Assembly: GCA_964622645.1 (NCBI GenBank)
Contig: CAZUSV010000004.1
Span: 9,290-73,289, forward strand
DNA length: 64,000 bases
Source of the DNA: an uncultured Anaerolineales bacterium
GTDB lineage: Bacteria > Chloroflexota > Anaerolineae > Anaerolineales > UBA11858
Direction of reading: 5' to 3'
The notes under the pieces are model-generated. The model searched no databases. It saw nothing but the letters and a program-made list of their open reading frames with translations, and had not been told where the DNA came from. Shown piece after piece: positions 31,018 through 41,660 of the stretch (its first letter is position 1; every line of letters begins with the position of its first letter). The position numbers and the translations under genes were made by a program.

Positions 31018-32322
31018 ATGCGCAACAAAAGTACGCTTCTTGTAGTTATGGCATTCCTGCTTGTGGGCTTGCTGGCTGTATTCAGCACTGCTGCCCTCGC
31101 ACAGGATGAGGAGCCCGTCACCTTCCAGGTGTTCTACCCGGTTGCAGTGGACGCTCCTATCGCCGCTATTCTCGAAGGCTATATCGAGGAATTTCAGGCT
31201 GAATACCCGTACATCACTGTCGAGCCAGTCTTCTCTGGTGGCTATGGCGATGTCCAGACTGCTATTCAGACAACTATTGACGGTGGCGGTGAACCGCCTG
31301 CTCTAGCGGTGATGTTGGCGACTGCCCTCTATGATCTGATCAATGCCGACTACATCGCACCCCTCGATGGTTATATCGCCGAAATGGAGGATGGTGAAGC
31401 TTACCTTGAAGACTTCCTGCCCGCCTTCCTGGCTAATTCCTATTATGATGAGCAACTCTGGAGCATTCCCTTCCAGCGCAGCGCCGTAGTGATGTATTAC
31501 AACGCCGATATGTTCGCTGATGCCGGGCTGGAGCCACCCACCAGTTGGCAGAGTTGGGCCGATGCCGCCCAGGCACTCACAGTTGTCGATGGTGACACCA
31601 CCAATTGGGGGTTGCAATTCCCCTCTGGATGGCCTTACTGGCTCTTCCAGCCCTTGGCCATCGGAACGGGACAAAATATTCTCAATGACGACTGCACTGT
31701 GGTTTTCGATGATCCAGCAGTTATCGAGGCCGTTCAATTCTATATCGATCTCTCAGCAGAATATGGCGTTATGCCCGCCGGTGTTCAATCGGTTTGGCCT
31801 ACTGCAACCACTGATTTCTCCAGCGGCGTAACCGCCATGATCACACACTCTTCAGGCAGCCTGAGCGGCATTATTGAACAGGCTGACTTCGAGGTTGGCG
31901 TAATGGCCTATCCTGGCAAGGAAGAAGGCACATATGCCAGCGTTCCAGGAGGCGGTAATTTCTACATTTTGAAAGGTGCCCCCCAAGAACAACAGGACGC
32001 GGCCTGGAAATTCGTAGAATTCCTCTCCCGCCCTGTGTATGTAGCCGATTACAGTATCAACACTGGCTACATCGCCAACCGCGCCAGCGCCTACGAAACC
32101 GACGCCATGGTGGCCTATGTTGAAGAAGTTCCCCAAGCCCTGGCTACCCGTGACGCACTTGAATTTGCTGGTGCTGAACTCTCCATCCAGAACCTCGGCC
32201 AGGTACGCAATATCTTCCACGATTACCTGCAGAGAGCGTATAATGGAGAAATGGAAGCTGCAGAAGCAATGGCCGCCGCACAGGCCGAAGCTGATGCTGC
32301 AATGGCAGATTTCTGCCCCTAA
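31018..32322 (+). CDS. Sugar ABC transporter substrate-binding protein (CUT1/family 1)
   Basis: Signal peptide MRNKSTLLVVMAFLLVGLLAVFSTAALA and SBP_bac_1-like sequence. SD aaaggaga upstream. Confidence 0.9.
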   Translation: MRNKSTLLVVMAFLLVGLLAVFSTAALAQDEEPVTFQVFYPVAVDAPIAAILEGYIEEFQAEYPYITVEPVFSGGYGDVQTAIQTTIDGGGEPPALAVMLATALYDLINADYIAPLDGYIAEMEDGEAYLEDFLPAFLANSYYDEQLWSIPFQRSAVVMYYNADMFADAGLEPPTSWQSWADAAQALTVVDGDTTNWGLQFPSGWPYWLFQPLAIGTGQNILNDDCTVVFDDPAVIEAVQFYIDLSAEYGVMPAGVQSVWPTATTDFSSGVTAMITHSSGSLSGIIEQADFEVGVMAYPGKEEGTYASVPGGGNFYILKGAPQEQQDAAWKFVEFLSRPVYVADYSINTGYIANRASAYETDAMVAYVEEVPQALATRDALEFAGAELSIQNLGQVRNIFHDYLQRAYNGEMEAAEAMAAAQAEADAAMADFCP

Positions 32323-32402
32323 GCCTTACTGATTCCATAATTGATCTATAATGGGGTGACCAGACACCATCATGGTCACCCCATTTTTTTCAGGAGCCTC
32401 TC

Positions 32403-33296
32403 TTGAGCGTGCAAGTCTCCCGCAAACAACTCAAGCCCTTACCATATATCCTGATCCTTCCGACAGCAGTATTCGTAGCCCTGTTTACTGCCTGGCCTGT
32501 GCTGCTTTCGATTTACCAGAGCTTCTTCCGCCAGCGCATGAATATCGCCCGCTTTCGCGAGCCATCATTCATAGGGCTGGGCAATTATGTCGACTTGTTC
32601 ACCGATCCGTACTTCATTCAGGTTATCGGCAACACACTCAAATATATCCTCGGTACAGTGCCCATCAGCATTGTGCTGGCATTTTTGTTTGCCTTGCTGG
32701 TCAACCGCAAAGTACGCGGCATTGGCTTTTTCCGTCTGGCCTTCTTTCATCCCATGGTTTTGCCCATGGTCAGTGCAGCCACGATTTGGCTTTTCTTCTT
32801 CACTCCGAATTACGGGCTATTCAACACTGCGCTGCGTTTCCTCGGCTACAGCGGAGCCGAAAATTGGACCGGTAACCCCGATCTGGCCTTATTATCTGTC
32901 ATTATCGTCGCCATCTGGAAGAATTCTGGATACTACATGATCTTCTATCTGGCTGGATTGCAAAATCTGCCTGTTGATGTCTATGAAGCATCTGCCTTGG
33001 ATGGCGCCACCGGTTGGCAAACCTTGTGGCAAATCACCTTCCCCTTGCTGCGCCGTACCACATTATTCATCACCATCGTGGCATTCATTGATGCCTTCCG
33101 CACGGTAGACCACGTCTTCGTATTGACCAGCGGTGGCCCTAGCCGGACCAGCACCCTGCTGCTCTTCGAGTTATGGCAGCAACGTTTCGAATATCAAGAT
33201 ATTGGAGCATCAGCAGCCATAACAGTTATTTTCGTGGTGGTATTGCTGGCATTCACAGTGACGAATTTCATCACCTCGGAACGGAAAGATGCCTGA
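32403..33296 (+). CDS. Sugar ABC transporter permease (MalF-like)
   Basis: Six TM helices. EAA loop YEASALDGATGWQTLWQITFPLL. Confidence 0.9.
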   Translation: MSVQVSRKQLKPLPYILILPTAVFVALFTAWPVLLSIYQSFFRQRMNIARFREPSFIGLGNYVDLFTDPYFIQVIGNTLKYILGTVPISIVLAFLFALLVNRKVRGIGFFRLAFFHPMVLPMVSAATIWLFFFTPNYGLFNTALRFLGYSGAENWTGNPDLALLSVIIVAIWKNSGYYMIFYLAGLQNLPVDVYEASALDGATGWQTLWQITFPLLRRTTLFITIVAFIDAFRTVDHVFVLTSGGPSRTSTLLLFELWQQRFEYQDIGASAAITVIFVVVLLAFTVTNFITSERKDA

Positions 33297-34152
33297 CATG
33301 AATGCATCCCTCTCGAATTCTCGCAGAATATTCAAACGCTTGGGTCACTGGACTACAAACATAATGGCAACCCTGCTGGCAGTCATCTGGTCGGTCCCCG
33401 TCATCTGGGCATTGATAGCCTCCTTCAGACCAGCCAGCGATGCTATGAGCCGCGGAGATATCTGGTTCAGCACCAGCATCAGTGCGGAAAACTACCTGCG
33501 AGCCTGGTCGCTGGCTCCCTTTGGGCAATATTATGTCAACACCATCATTGTTGTGCTCATCATCCTGGGAGTACAGTTGATCACAATCGTTCTGGCCGGT
33601 TTCGCATTTGCCAATTATGAATTCTTTGGAAAACGCTGGATATTCTTCTTCGTTTTGCTGCAAATGATGATCCCCACATCGGCACTGCTGGCCCCCAACT
33701 TCGCCACTATCCGTTGGATGGGGTTGTTCGACACACGTTTGGCTATTGCTATCCCCTACTTTGGTTCTGCCTTTGGAACGTTCCTCATGCGTCAGGCTTT
33801 CAAGGATGTACCGCGCGACCTGGTAGATGCAGGCATTATTGACGGCTGTACGTGGTGGCAACTCATCTTCAACGTTTATCTGCCCCCATCGATCCCAGCT
33901 TTAGTCGCCTTTGGGCTTTCATCAGCGACGTGGCACTGGAACGAATTCCTTTGGCCGCTGATCATCACCAACAGCGACAAAAGCCGTCCGCTCACCGCTG
34001 GGCTGGTACGCTTCACCCAGCTTGGCGAGATCGGCGCCCAATGGTCTCTGCTAACCGCTGCCACACTGATGGTAATTGCGCCTCTATTTATCACTTTCCT
34101 GATTTTCCAACGACGCTTCATTCAAAGTTTCCTGCACTCAGGATTGAAATAG
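33289..34152 (+). CDS. Sugar ABC transporter permease (MalG-like)
   Basis: EAA loop LVDAGIIDGCTWWQLIFNVYLP. Overlaps the upstream permease by 8 nt. Confidence 0.9.
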   Translation: MPDMNASLSNSRRIFKRLGHWTTNIMATLLAVIWSVPVIWALIASFRPASDAMSRGDIWFSTSISAENYLRAWSLAPFGQYYVNTIIVVLIILGVQLITIVLAGFAFANYEFFGKRWIFFFVLLQMMIPTSALLAPNFATIRWMGLFDTRLAIAIPYFGSAFGTFLMRQAFKDVPRDLVDAGIIDGCTWWQLIFNVYLPPSIPALVAFGLSSATWHWNEFLWPLIITNSDKSRPLTAGLVRFTQLGEIGAQWSLLTAATLMVIAPLFITFLIFQRRFIQSFLHSGLK

Positions 34153-34230
34153 TCGAAAATAAGAAGTAAAATTGGTAGGTTATCCCAAAATTTGCCGTGG
34201 GGAGACTTATATAATTCCTGGGAGGTTCCG

Positions 34231-34851
34231 ATGTTTAGAATATTTAGAAGGAAAGATGATGTCTTTCACCAATTGATCGAAGAACAGGCCAATCTGACCT
34301 ACAAAGGCCTTAAGTTGCTGGTCAAGTATATGGAAATGAGGGGGCATGATACCGCAGAGAAAATGACCCTGCGTGAGAAGGAAGCTGATGAAGTCAGAAG
34401 GATTCTGATCGATGAGCTGAACCGCACATTCGTGACACCCTTCGATCGAGAGGATATCTTTGCCATATCCCGCGCCATCGATGATGTGCTCGATTATGCT
34501 GATTCAACCGTTGACGAAATGGAGGTCTTGGAGGTGGCGCCAACCTCCTATATGCAGCGGATCGCTTCACTGCTGCGCGATGCAGCCTACGAGATCTTGC
34601 TAGCCGTGCAACGGCTGAAAAAGCATCCCGCCGTCGCCATCGATCATGCACAGCGGGCAAAAGCCTTAGAAAACCGCGTCGAGAGTGTCTACCGTGAAGC
34701 CATCGCAGATCTATTCAGTGGACCAGAGGATGTACACCATATCGTCGAAATGTTGAAAATGCGCGAAGTCTACCGACATCTGAGTAACGCCGCCGACCGT
34801 GGGGATGAAGCGGCCAATGTGATTTCCGATATCGTTGTGAAGATGAACTAA
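34231..34851 (+). CDS. DUF47/PhoU-like phosphate transport regulator (YkaA type)
   Basis: Start at ATG 34231 after SD gggagg. TIGR00153-like helical protein upstream of PiT. Confidence 0.85.
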   Translation: MFRIFRRKDDVFHQLIEEQANLTYKGLKLLVKYMEMRGHDTAEKMTLREKEADEVRRILIDELNRTFVTPFDREDIFAISRAIDDVLDYADSTVDEMEVLEVAPTSYMQRIASLLRDAAYEILLAVQRLKKHPAVAIDHAQRAKALENRVESVYREAIADLFSGPEDVHHIVEMLKMREVYRHLSNAADRGDEAANVISDIVVKMN

Positions 34852-34865
34852 ATAAGGATTCGTCA

Positions 34866-35852
34866 ATGTCACCAACACTAATTTCCCTCATCGTATTGGC
34901 ATTGGTTTTCGATTTCCTGAATGGCTTGCATGATTCCAGCAATATCGTTGCCACGATGATCTCCTCGCGCGCATTTCGCCCTCAGACTGCCCTGACATTC
35001 ACGGCAGTGGCTCATTTCTTAGGACCGTTTCTATTCGGCGTCGCAGTCGCCAAAACCATTGGCTCCGAAGTCGTCCAGACTGCATCCATGACTATGGAAG
35101 TGATCATCGCTGCCCTGATTGGAGCAATTCTTTGGAATCTATTGACCTGGTTCTTTGGCATCCCCAGCAGCTCTTCCCACGCATTGATTGGAGGCATCGT
35201 TGGCGCAGTAGTCATTGGAGCTGGATTTGATGCAATCAAGCTGAAAGGATTAGAGAAAGTTCTCATTGCTCTGTTCATATCGCCAATCATCGGATTTGTT
35301 CTAGGCTTTTTGATCACGCGTTTGATATTCTTCTTGGCCAGAGCTGCCACCCCAAAAATCAACACATTTTTCAAGAGATCACAAATTTTCACTGGGCTTG
35401 CCTTGGCCTTCAGCCATGGAACCAACGATGCCCAAAAGACCATGGGGGTGATCACACTGGGATTGGTAATTAGCGGGTTTATCCCTGATTTTCGAGTGCC
35501 TTTGTGGGTTATCGCCATCAGTGCCGGTGCGATTGCGCTAGGGACAGCCTTTGGGGGGTGGCGCTTGATCAAAACCCTGGGAGGGAAGTTCTACAAAATC
35601 CGCCCGGTTGATAGTTTTGCTTCTCAATTGACCTCGGGGATTGTGATCTTAGGTGCTTCACTTGTCGGCGGGCCCGTGAGCACTACGCAAGTGGTAAGCT
35701 CGGCGATCATTGGCGTGGGATCTTCAGAGCGCGTGAGCAAAGTCCGCTGGAATGTAGCCGAGGAGATTATCACCGCCTGGATTATCACGATTCCGGCAAC
35801 AGGGCTTATATCTGCGGGGGTATATTGGATGATGATCAATGTCATCCTCTAA
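34866..35852 (+). CDS. Inorganic phosphate transporter, PiT family
   Basis: GLHDSSN and HGTNDAQKTMG signature repeats. Polytopic. Confidence 0.92.
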   Translation: MSPTLISLIVLALVFDFLNGLHDSSNIVATMISSRAFRPQTALTFTAVAHFLGPFLFGVAVAKTIGSEVVQTASMTMEVIIAALIGAILWNLLTWFFGIPSSSSHALIGGIVGAVVIGAGFDAIKLKGLEKVLIALFISPIIGFVLGFLITRLIFFLARAATPKINTFFKRSQIFTGLALAFSHGTNDAQKTMGVITLGLVISGFIPDFRVPLWVIAISAGAIALGTAFGGWRLIKTLGGKFYKIRPVDSFASQLTSGIVILGASLVGGPVSTTQVVSSAIIGVGSSERVSKVRWNVAEEIITAWIITIPATGLISAGVYWMMINVIL

Positions 35853-35900
35853 CAATATACTTTTTTAGAGAAATCTCTCCATGATTCATCAATCGCTAAC

Positions 35901-35938
35901 CCAAATTTGGATATTACCACGGGAATTCCTAGAGACTC
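35901..35938. repeat. Family A repeat, solo arm
   Basis: ccaaatttggatattaccacgggaattcctagagactc. Confidence 0.6.
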
Positions 35939-36013
35939 CAAAATCCGAAAACTTCGCGGTTCGGAGTATAATAGTTGCTGAGATTTAAACAATCAAGTCC
36001 CAAGAGGCATACA

Positions 36014-36712
36014 ATGAGAATCGTCGAAACTGAGAATCTAACCCGAATATTTGGCAGCGGCGAAGCCCAAGTCAACGCGCTGGATGGCGTTTCCTTGCAT
36101 GTGGATACTGGAGAGTTCGTCGCTGTGATGGGCCCCAGCGGCTGTGGCAAGTCGACCCTGCTGCACATGATCGGTGGGCTTGATCGCCCTACGGATGGCG
36201 TGGTCAAAATCGAAGGCAAAGACCTAAGCAGCCTGGATGATGATGAACTGACCGACCTGCGTCGTGAGCATATCGGGTTTATTTTTCAATTCTTCAACCT
36301 GATCCCTACCCTTGACGCGCTGGACAATACCGCCCTGCCATTGGTGTTGGGAGGCACGAAACCGGCTGATGCCCAGTCCAAGGCGGCCGAGTGGTTGGAG
36401 AAACTGGAAGTAGCCGACCGCAGCACCCACCGCCCCGACGAGCTTTCGGGCGGGCAGCGCCAGCGCGTGGCTATCGCCCGCTCTTTGGTTACCGATCCCA
36501 CCCTGATCCTGGCCGACGAGCCGACAGGCAACCTGGATTCAAAAGCGGCTCAAGAATTCGCCACCCTGCTGCGTGAGATCGTCGACCGTTGGGAACGCAG
36601 CATCTTGCTGGTCACCCATGATCCCCGCATCTCATCGTTTGCGGATCGCATCATTCAAATGGAAGACGGCAAAATTGCAGAAGAAACCAATAACAATGGG
36701 AAGGAAGGCTGA
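36014..36712 (+). CDS. ABC transporter ATP-binding protein (MacB/LolD type)
   Basis: [33 protein letters not shown] and VTHD motifs. Start at ATG 36014. Confidence 0.92.
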   Translation: MRIVETENLTRIFGSGEAQVNALDGVSLHVDTGEFVAVMGPSGCGKSTLLHMIGGLDRPTDGVVKIEGKDLSSLDDDELTDLRREHIGFIFQFFNLIPTLDALDNTALPLVLGGTKPADAQSKAAEWLEKLEVADRSTHRPDELSGGQRQRVAIARSLVTDPTLILADEPTGNLDSKAAQEFATLLREIVDRWERSILLVTHDPRISSFADRIIQMEDGKIAEETNNNGKEG

Positions 36713-36714
36713 TC

Positions 36715-39270
36715 ATGCGTGTACTTTCTCTAGCTTGGAGCTATATCAAAGGCCGTCCGATTCGTTCCATTATGACCGTCTTGTCGATCGTGATCGGTGT
36801 GATGATGATGTTTGGCTTGAATGGTTTGGCTCCAGCCTTCAAGGAAATGTTTATCTCCAGCACCCAATCAATGGCGTTGTCGGAGGTTGACCTGTATGTA
36901 ACCCGCCGAGATGGTGGGTTCTTTCGAGGTGAATATGAGAGTAATATCGGTTCAGTTGCTGGGGTTGAATCAACAGCCAGTCTAATCGCCCGCACAGTGG
37001 CTGCGCCACCTGATCACTACACGACCGCAGATGGACGACCAATTAACACCGTCCAGGTTTTTGGTGTGGATACCGCCAACACTGACGAGACATTCAATAT
37101 CGTCACCGCGGCTGGTCGCCGTTTAGCAGCTGGTCGGCTTCTGCAGCCCGGCGATGGTCAGGTCGTATTGATATCAGAAATCTTTGCTGAGGGACTGGGA
37201 ATCGGAGTTGGAGAAACAGTCCGTCTCCCAGGCGCTGGGGGCTGGATGAATTTCCAAGTGGTTGGCCTGTTGGCTGATCCCGGCATCATGCTTGGCACGC
37301 AACAAGTGTTCATGCCCATCCCTGCCGCTCAAGATTTGCTGAACACCCCCAACCGGGTCAACACGATCATGGGACGCTTTGCCGAAGGCGCTGATGCCGT
37401 TGCTATAGAAGCCGCCATGGAGTCGATGTTTGGGCGCGGGTATGAATTTACCCCCTTAGAAGGTGGTCAAGATATCTGGGCCGCATTGATGGAATTTGCC
37501 AATGTGATCTTCTCAATGTTCGGGCTACTCGCTTTAGCCATGGCTGGTATGATCATGTTCAACACCTTCCGCACCAGTGTGGTTGAACGCAAACGCGATA
37601 TCGGCATGCTAAGGGCAGTAGGTGCCAGACGGAGAACGGTCATGCGCGCCATTCTGGCCGAGGGTTTGATCCTGGCTGTGCTTGGCACCGTGGTTGGTAT
37701 GCTGCTCGGCGTCGGTTTTGGGTATGGTGCTAAGAATGCACTCTCGGCAGCCTTTGAAAACTTTATGGGGAGACCGTTAGGCAATCCCCAGTTTACCGCT
37801 TTGGCATTCAGTGTGTCGACCGCCTTTGGGTTGGGTATTCCGTTGCTCAGTGTTTTGGTACCTGCGCACGGAGCCAGCATCATCACCCCCCTGGAAGCCA
37901 TGCGTCCTGCCACAGTGGAACAGGAGGCTGCCCTAAAGCGCAGCCGTCTAATTATAGGTTTTATCTTGTTCGTATTGGGTCTGGCTGGTTTGCTCAGTGG
38001 ATTATTCCCCCTGATGGCTTTGGGAAGCATATTATTTCTAGTAGCACTTGGACTTCTTGGCCCAATGCTGATCGGGCCCATTACTAAAACTTTCAGCCGG
38101 ATGCTGAACCTGGTCTTCGGCCAAGAAGGCGACATTGCTGCCAGTAATATCGCCCGTCAGCCACGCCGTGCTTCGATCACAGCTTCATCGTTGATGGTCG
38201 GCCTGGCGATCCTGATCGGTTTGGGCGGCATGCTGGCATCAACCTATGGTGGTGCCCTGCGGTTTTTAGAAGCCAACTTCCGGTCCGACTACATCATGAT
38301 GTCCAACTTGGTCGTCACCAACGATACCGTTGGCGCTGGTCCTGATCTGATCGAAACCGTCAAGCGCATCCGGGGCGTCAAAGAACTGACCAACCTGCGC
38401 CAGATTGATGTGACGGATCAAAATGGCATCGGCATGCGCCTGGTCGGTATAGACCCACTGAGCTTTGAAAAGATCTCGGGGCTCTCATTTCTAGAGGGAG
38501 ATAATACCTCCTATGCTGGAATGCAATCTGGAAATACAGTCATCGTCAACGGTCGCTTTGCCTCTCAATTTGGAACCCAAATTGGCGATACTATCACCCT
38601 GGACGGGGATCACGGTCCGCTTACAGTCGTAGTGACGGCCATTGGACTGGATTACATCAATATGAAACTCCCCACAGTTTATCTTGAACAAACCGCCCTC
38701 ACCCGGGAGTACGGTGTACGCAATGACGTTTTCCTGATGATCAACTACGAGGAAGGCGCCGACCTGGAACAATTGGAAGAAGATCTGCAAGCTGCCGCGA
38801 GCGCGTATCCTGGCTTTGGCATCATATCCCGAGAGCAGTTGTGGGAAAGTCAGAAGCAGCTCACCGATGGCGCCACCGTTGGTGTGAATATTATGCTCTC
38901 ACTGCTGGCAGCCCCGGCCCTGATCGGGCTGGCCAACGCCTTAGGCATCAACGTTATCGAGCGCACGCGTGAGATCGGCATGCTGCGCGCTGTAGGCGCT
39001 AAACGTCGCCAGATCCGCCGCATGGTGATCGCCGAGAGTCTCCTGTTATGCTTGATGGGCATCGCCCTGGGCGTGATCAGCGGTATCATGCTGAGCTTCG
39101 TCATGACCGGCGTGCTGGAATTCGCGGGGATGCGCATCCCTTATGATTTCCCTGGTGTGGGGGTGCTGACCGCCATCGCTGCGGGGTTGATCTGCGGCAT
39201 CCTGGCCGCGCTGATCCCCGCCCGTCGGGCATCTGACCTACAAATCGTGGCCGCTTTGGCTTACGAATGA
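36715..39270 (+). CDS. ABC transporter permease with two FtsX domains (MacB-like)
   Basis: 851 aa. Two repeats, each an extracytoplasmic domain plus an FtsX 4-TM module (RKRDIGMLRAVGA / RTREIGMLRAVGA). Confidence 0.9.
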   Translation: MRVLSLAWSYIKGRPIRSIMTVLSIVIGVMMMFGLNGLAPAFKEMFISSTQSMALSEVDLYVTRRDGGFFRGEYESNIGSVAGVESTASLIARTVAAPPDHYTTADGRPINTVQVFGVDTANTDETFNIVTAAGRRLAAGRLLQPGDGQVVLISEIFAEGLGIGVGETVRLPGAGGWMNFQVVGLLADPGIMLGTQQVFMPIPAAQDLLNTPNRVNTIMGRFAEGADAVAIEAAMESMFGRGYEFTPLEGGQDIWAALMEFANVIFSMFGLLALAMAGMIMFNTFRTSVVERKRDIGMLRAVGARRRTVMRAILAEGLILAVLGTVVGMLLGVGFGYGAKNALSAAFENFMGRPLGNPQFTALAFSVSTAFGLGIPLLSVLVPAHGASIITPLEAMRPATVEQEAALKRSRLIIGFILFVLGLAGLLSGLFPLMALGSILFLVALGLLGPMLIGPITKTFSRMLNLVFGQEGDIAASNIARQPRRASITASSLMVGLAILIGLGGMLASTYGGALRFLEANFRSDYIMMSNLVVTNDTVGAGPDLIETVKRIRGVKELTNLRQIDVTDQNGIGMRLVGIDPLSFEKISGLSFLEGDNTSYAGMQSGNTVIVNGRFASQFGTQIGDTITLDGDHGPLTVVVTAIGLDYINMKLPTVYLEQTALTREYGVRNDVFLMINYEEGADLEQLEEDLQAAASAYPGFGIISREQLWESQKQLTDGATVGVNIMLSLLAAPALIGLANALGINVIERTREIGMLRAVGAKRRQIRRMVIAESLLLCLMGIALGVISGIMLSFVMTGVLEFAGMRIPYDFPGVGVLTAIAAGLICGILAALIPARRASDLQIVAALAYE

Positions 39271-39339
39271 GCATTTTGTGGTAAACCACAGGTGACTGTC
39301 ACTTTGGGGTAGTGGAGTGACAGTCACCTCTTTTGCCGT

Positions 39340-40545
39340 TCAATCCGTTTCTGCCCACCACACCACGAAAATAGACAGCAAGCTCAGAATCCCCAAACCC
39401 GCGATCAAAGGGAAAACCGTGCCGTTGTAATTCTGACCGATGATCGTGCCCAACGGCATGGATATCAATGTCGAGAGCGACCCTACCACCGCGGCGCCAA
39501 TCCCAGCCAAATGACCCAATGGATCCATAGCCAGAGAGTTCTGGTTGCCAAACAAAACCCCAACACAGAAAAATGTCAGCATGATATAGGTCATCATGAA
39601 CCATAGAGGCGGTTGACCGTCATTGAAGTTGGCAACTCCAAATCCAATTACCGCCAGGGAGAAAATAATCACAAGCGACCAGCGCACAAGAAAACGCATC
39701 CCAAAGCGTAACACCAGACGGGCGTTTATCAAGGAAGCCACCCCGATTGAGAATGCAATGATCCCAAAATAGATCGGGAAAAGCTTCCCCAGGGCATAAA
39801 GCTCTTGGAATATTTGTTGGGAAGAATTCAAATAGCCAATAAATGCACCACTCACCAGCCCGGCTGACACGGTGTACCCCAGCGCTGAGCGAATTCTGAT
39901 CACTTCGAGTGTTGCTTTGATAATCCGATTCAAAGATAACGGAGCGCGCTGGTCTAGATCCAGTGTCTCGGGCATCCGCACCACAAACCAGATCAGTGTT
40001 GCGAGGGCCATCAGCACGAATCCGACAAAAATGCTGCGCCATCCTGAAAACAGCAGAATCGCCTGACCAATGGATGGGGCAACCATAGGAACTAAAATGA
40101 AAACGGTCATCACAAACGACATCACCCGAGCCATCGCCCGGCCAGAATAACGATCACGCACCAGGGCCAGCGTTACTGCTCGGGGAGCGGAAACGCCTAT
40201 CCCTTGAAACAAACGTCCCAGCAACATCATCGGAAAATTGATTGAGAATATCGCCAGCACGGCCCCACAAATATATAAAAAGTAACCAAGATAGATCGCT
40301 GGCTTGCGTCCCGTACTATCAGAAAGAGGCCCAAAAAATACCTGACCAACCGCTAATCCTAAAAATATTACTGAAACAACCAGTTGCCGATCGTTGGCAT
40401 TTTGTACATTCAGGTCACTGCCGATCTGGGGCAAGGCTGGCAGCATGGCGTCGATCGATAATGCAGTCAGTGACATCATCAAAGATATGATGACGATGAA
40501 TTCAACGTACGATGGGTATGCTTTTTTCTGCTCTGAAAACATCAA
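39340..40545 (-). CDS. MFS transporter, Bcr/CflA drug-resistance subfamily
   Basis: 12 TM helices. N-terminal SIDAMLPALPQIGSDL and GRKP motifs. Confidence 0.88.
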   Translation of the reverse strand: MMFSEQKKAYPSYVEFIVIISLMMSLTALSIDAMLPALPQIGSDLNVQNANDRQLVVSVIFLGLAVGQVFFGPLSDSTGRKPAIYLGYFLYICGAVLAIFSINFPMMLLGRLFQGIGVSAPRAVTLALVRDRYSGRAMARVMSFVMTVFILVPMVAPSIGQAILLFSGWRSIFVGFVLMALATLIWFVVRMPETLDLDQRAPLSLNRIIKATLEVIRIRSALGYTVSAGLVSGAFIGYLNSSQQIFQELYALGKLFPIYFGIIAFSIGVASLINARLVLRFGMRFLVRWSLVIIFSLAVIGFGVANFNDGQPPLWFMMTYIMLTFFCVGVLFGNQNSLAMDPLGHLAGIGAAVVGSLSTLISMPLGTIIGQNYNGTVFPLIAGLGILSLLSIFVVWWAETD

Positions 40546-40652
40546 ATACTCTTTTTTGACAGACTTTCCTCAATAAAAAAATGGCCAATAGGCCATTATG
40601 GTAGATGATAATTCTCACTCTTGAAATCGTCAAGGAATGTCGATGTTTCTTA

Positions 40653-40796
40653 CACGGCTTTCTTAAAATCTTAAGATGTCATTGCGAGGAGCCGCTTTTT
40701 GGCGACGAAGCAATCTCCCACTCTGCGAGGAGATTGCCACACTCCGCTGGGCTGCGTTCGCAATGACACATGAAACGCGACTTTAAGAAAGCCCTG
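40653..40796. repeat. Family C repeat, copy 2 (2 mismatches to copy 1, same orientation)
   Basis: Base-for-base alignment with 30019-30162. The differences are aaagtc/aaaatc and acttcaag/actttaag. Confidence 0.85.
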
Positions 40797-41121
40797 ATGT
40801 TTCTTAGGCGATTTGGCGATGTTTGCCGATACTATCGAGCACGATTAAGCGAAAACAAGGCGGCGGCGCAAAGGCTTTTCTTGTGCGCTGTCGGCTTTCT
40901 TCCAAAAATAGGGCTGGGTGCAGCTTAAGTCCTTTGAACGATCTGATAAACCCACATCGGTAATAGTGTGGCCCAATTGGATGCCAGAGAACCAATAACC
41001 CATTATAAAGCCGCTTTCGCCATGGGCGCGCTTAGCGCTGCGGCTAAAGCAGTCCACAAAGTTAAACTGGCAAGAAGTTGCTGCAACTTTCTGAAAACCC
41101 CGGATTGTATGTTAATTGTAC

Positions 41122-41150
41122 TTGACATAATGTATATTTTGTTTTACTAT
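41122..41150 (+). promoter_or_regulatory. Sigma70-like promoter of the membrane-protein/XRE pair
   Basis: TTGACA, 17-nt spacer, TACTAT in an AT-rich region. atgtatat is repeated on either side of the -10. Confidence 0.55.
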
Positions 41151-41203
41151 ATGTATATCAAACATTACTATAAGTAAAAATAAGCATACAAAACGAGGAA
41201 AAC

Positions 41204-41659
41204 ATGTCATACCAAGAAAAGAACATTACCGTATCTCTAGTTAGTGCCATATTGATAGTGGGCTACTATTTAATCCGCATCTTTCAAATGAGCCAGAACG
41301 GAGGCCTGGAGTCGGCCAAAGTTTTTCGCCTTTGGGGAGTTGTCATCGTCATTACGATCCTGGCAAACATCTTTGGGACGATCCTCACGCATATCTTCTC
41401 CAGCATCATTGAGGCTGTCAAAACGGGAACTGAAGATCCTCATATCGAAGATATTGAAGATGAGAGAGACGAACTGATAAAGCTAAAAGGCACAAGGGTT
41501 GCTCATATTGTGTTCTCATTGGGCGTCTTCATTTCAATGCTGACATTGGTGTTTGGCAGGCCATCCCTGGTGATGTTTAGTTTGCTCATTTTCTTTGGGA
41601 TATTTGCCGAGATCATTGCCGATATTTCTCGACTCTACCTTTATCGCAGAGGAGTCTAA
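41204..41659 (+). CDS. Hypothetical 4-TM membrane protein, translationally coupled to the XRE regulator
   Basis: 151 aa with hydrophobic helices. Its stop lies 1 nt before the next ATG. Confidence 0.6.
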   Translation: MSYQEKNITVSLVSAILIVGYYLIRIFQMSQNGGLESAKVFRLWGVVIVITILANIFGTILTHIFSSIIEAVKTGTEDPHIEDIEDERDELIKLKGTRVAHIVFSLGVFISMLTLVFGRPSLVMFSLLIFFGIFAEIIADISRLYLYRRGV

Positions 41660-41660
41660 G

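Noticed and set aside
31018-34152. The missing ATPase gene in the GntR-linked sugar ABC operon, considered as an anomaly.
   Set aside because: CUT1 operons frequently lack their own ATPase and share a distant MsiK/MalK-type ATPase. This is ordinary.
13472-38135. Other long antisense or overlapping ORFs. Examples: 13472-13978(-), 15747-16367(-), 16193-16630(-), 27872-28318(-), 33271-33861(-), 35012-35572(-), 37467-38135(-), 46232-46750(-), 59266-59754(+), and the many 60-120-aa ORFs inside secA.
   Set aside because: Each lies opposite to, or out of frame with, a gene that has strong family motifs. They are Arg/Ser/Pro-rich, as expected for off-frame translation of GC-rich coding DNA, and they lack SD sequences.
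30019-40796. Composite transposon or genomic island bounded by the two family C copies.
   Set aside because: No transposase or integrase lies inside or nearby. The element is small and non-coding (MITE-like), and a third diverged copy exists at 12021-12124. Bracketing may be a coincidence. I kept it only as a low-to-moderate-interest finding.
40800-41060. Possible decayed gene on the minus strand. The fragments ..GFIRSFKGLKLHPALFLEE.. and ..AHGESGF.. are vaguely reminiscent of DUF1801/YdhG-like proteins.
   Set aside because: The similarity comes from memory only and is weak. The frames are broken and no start or stop structure can be defined. That is not enough to call a pseudogene without a profile search.
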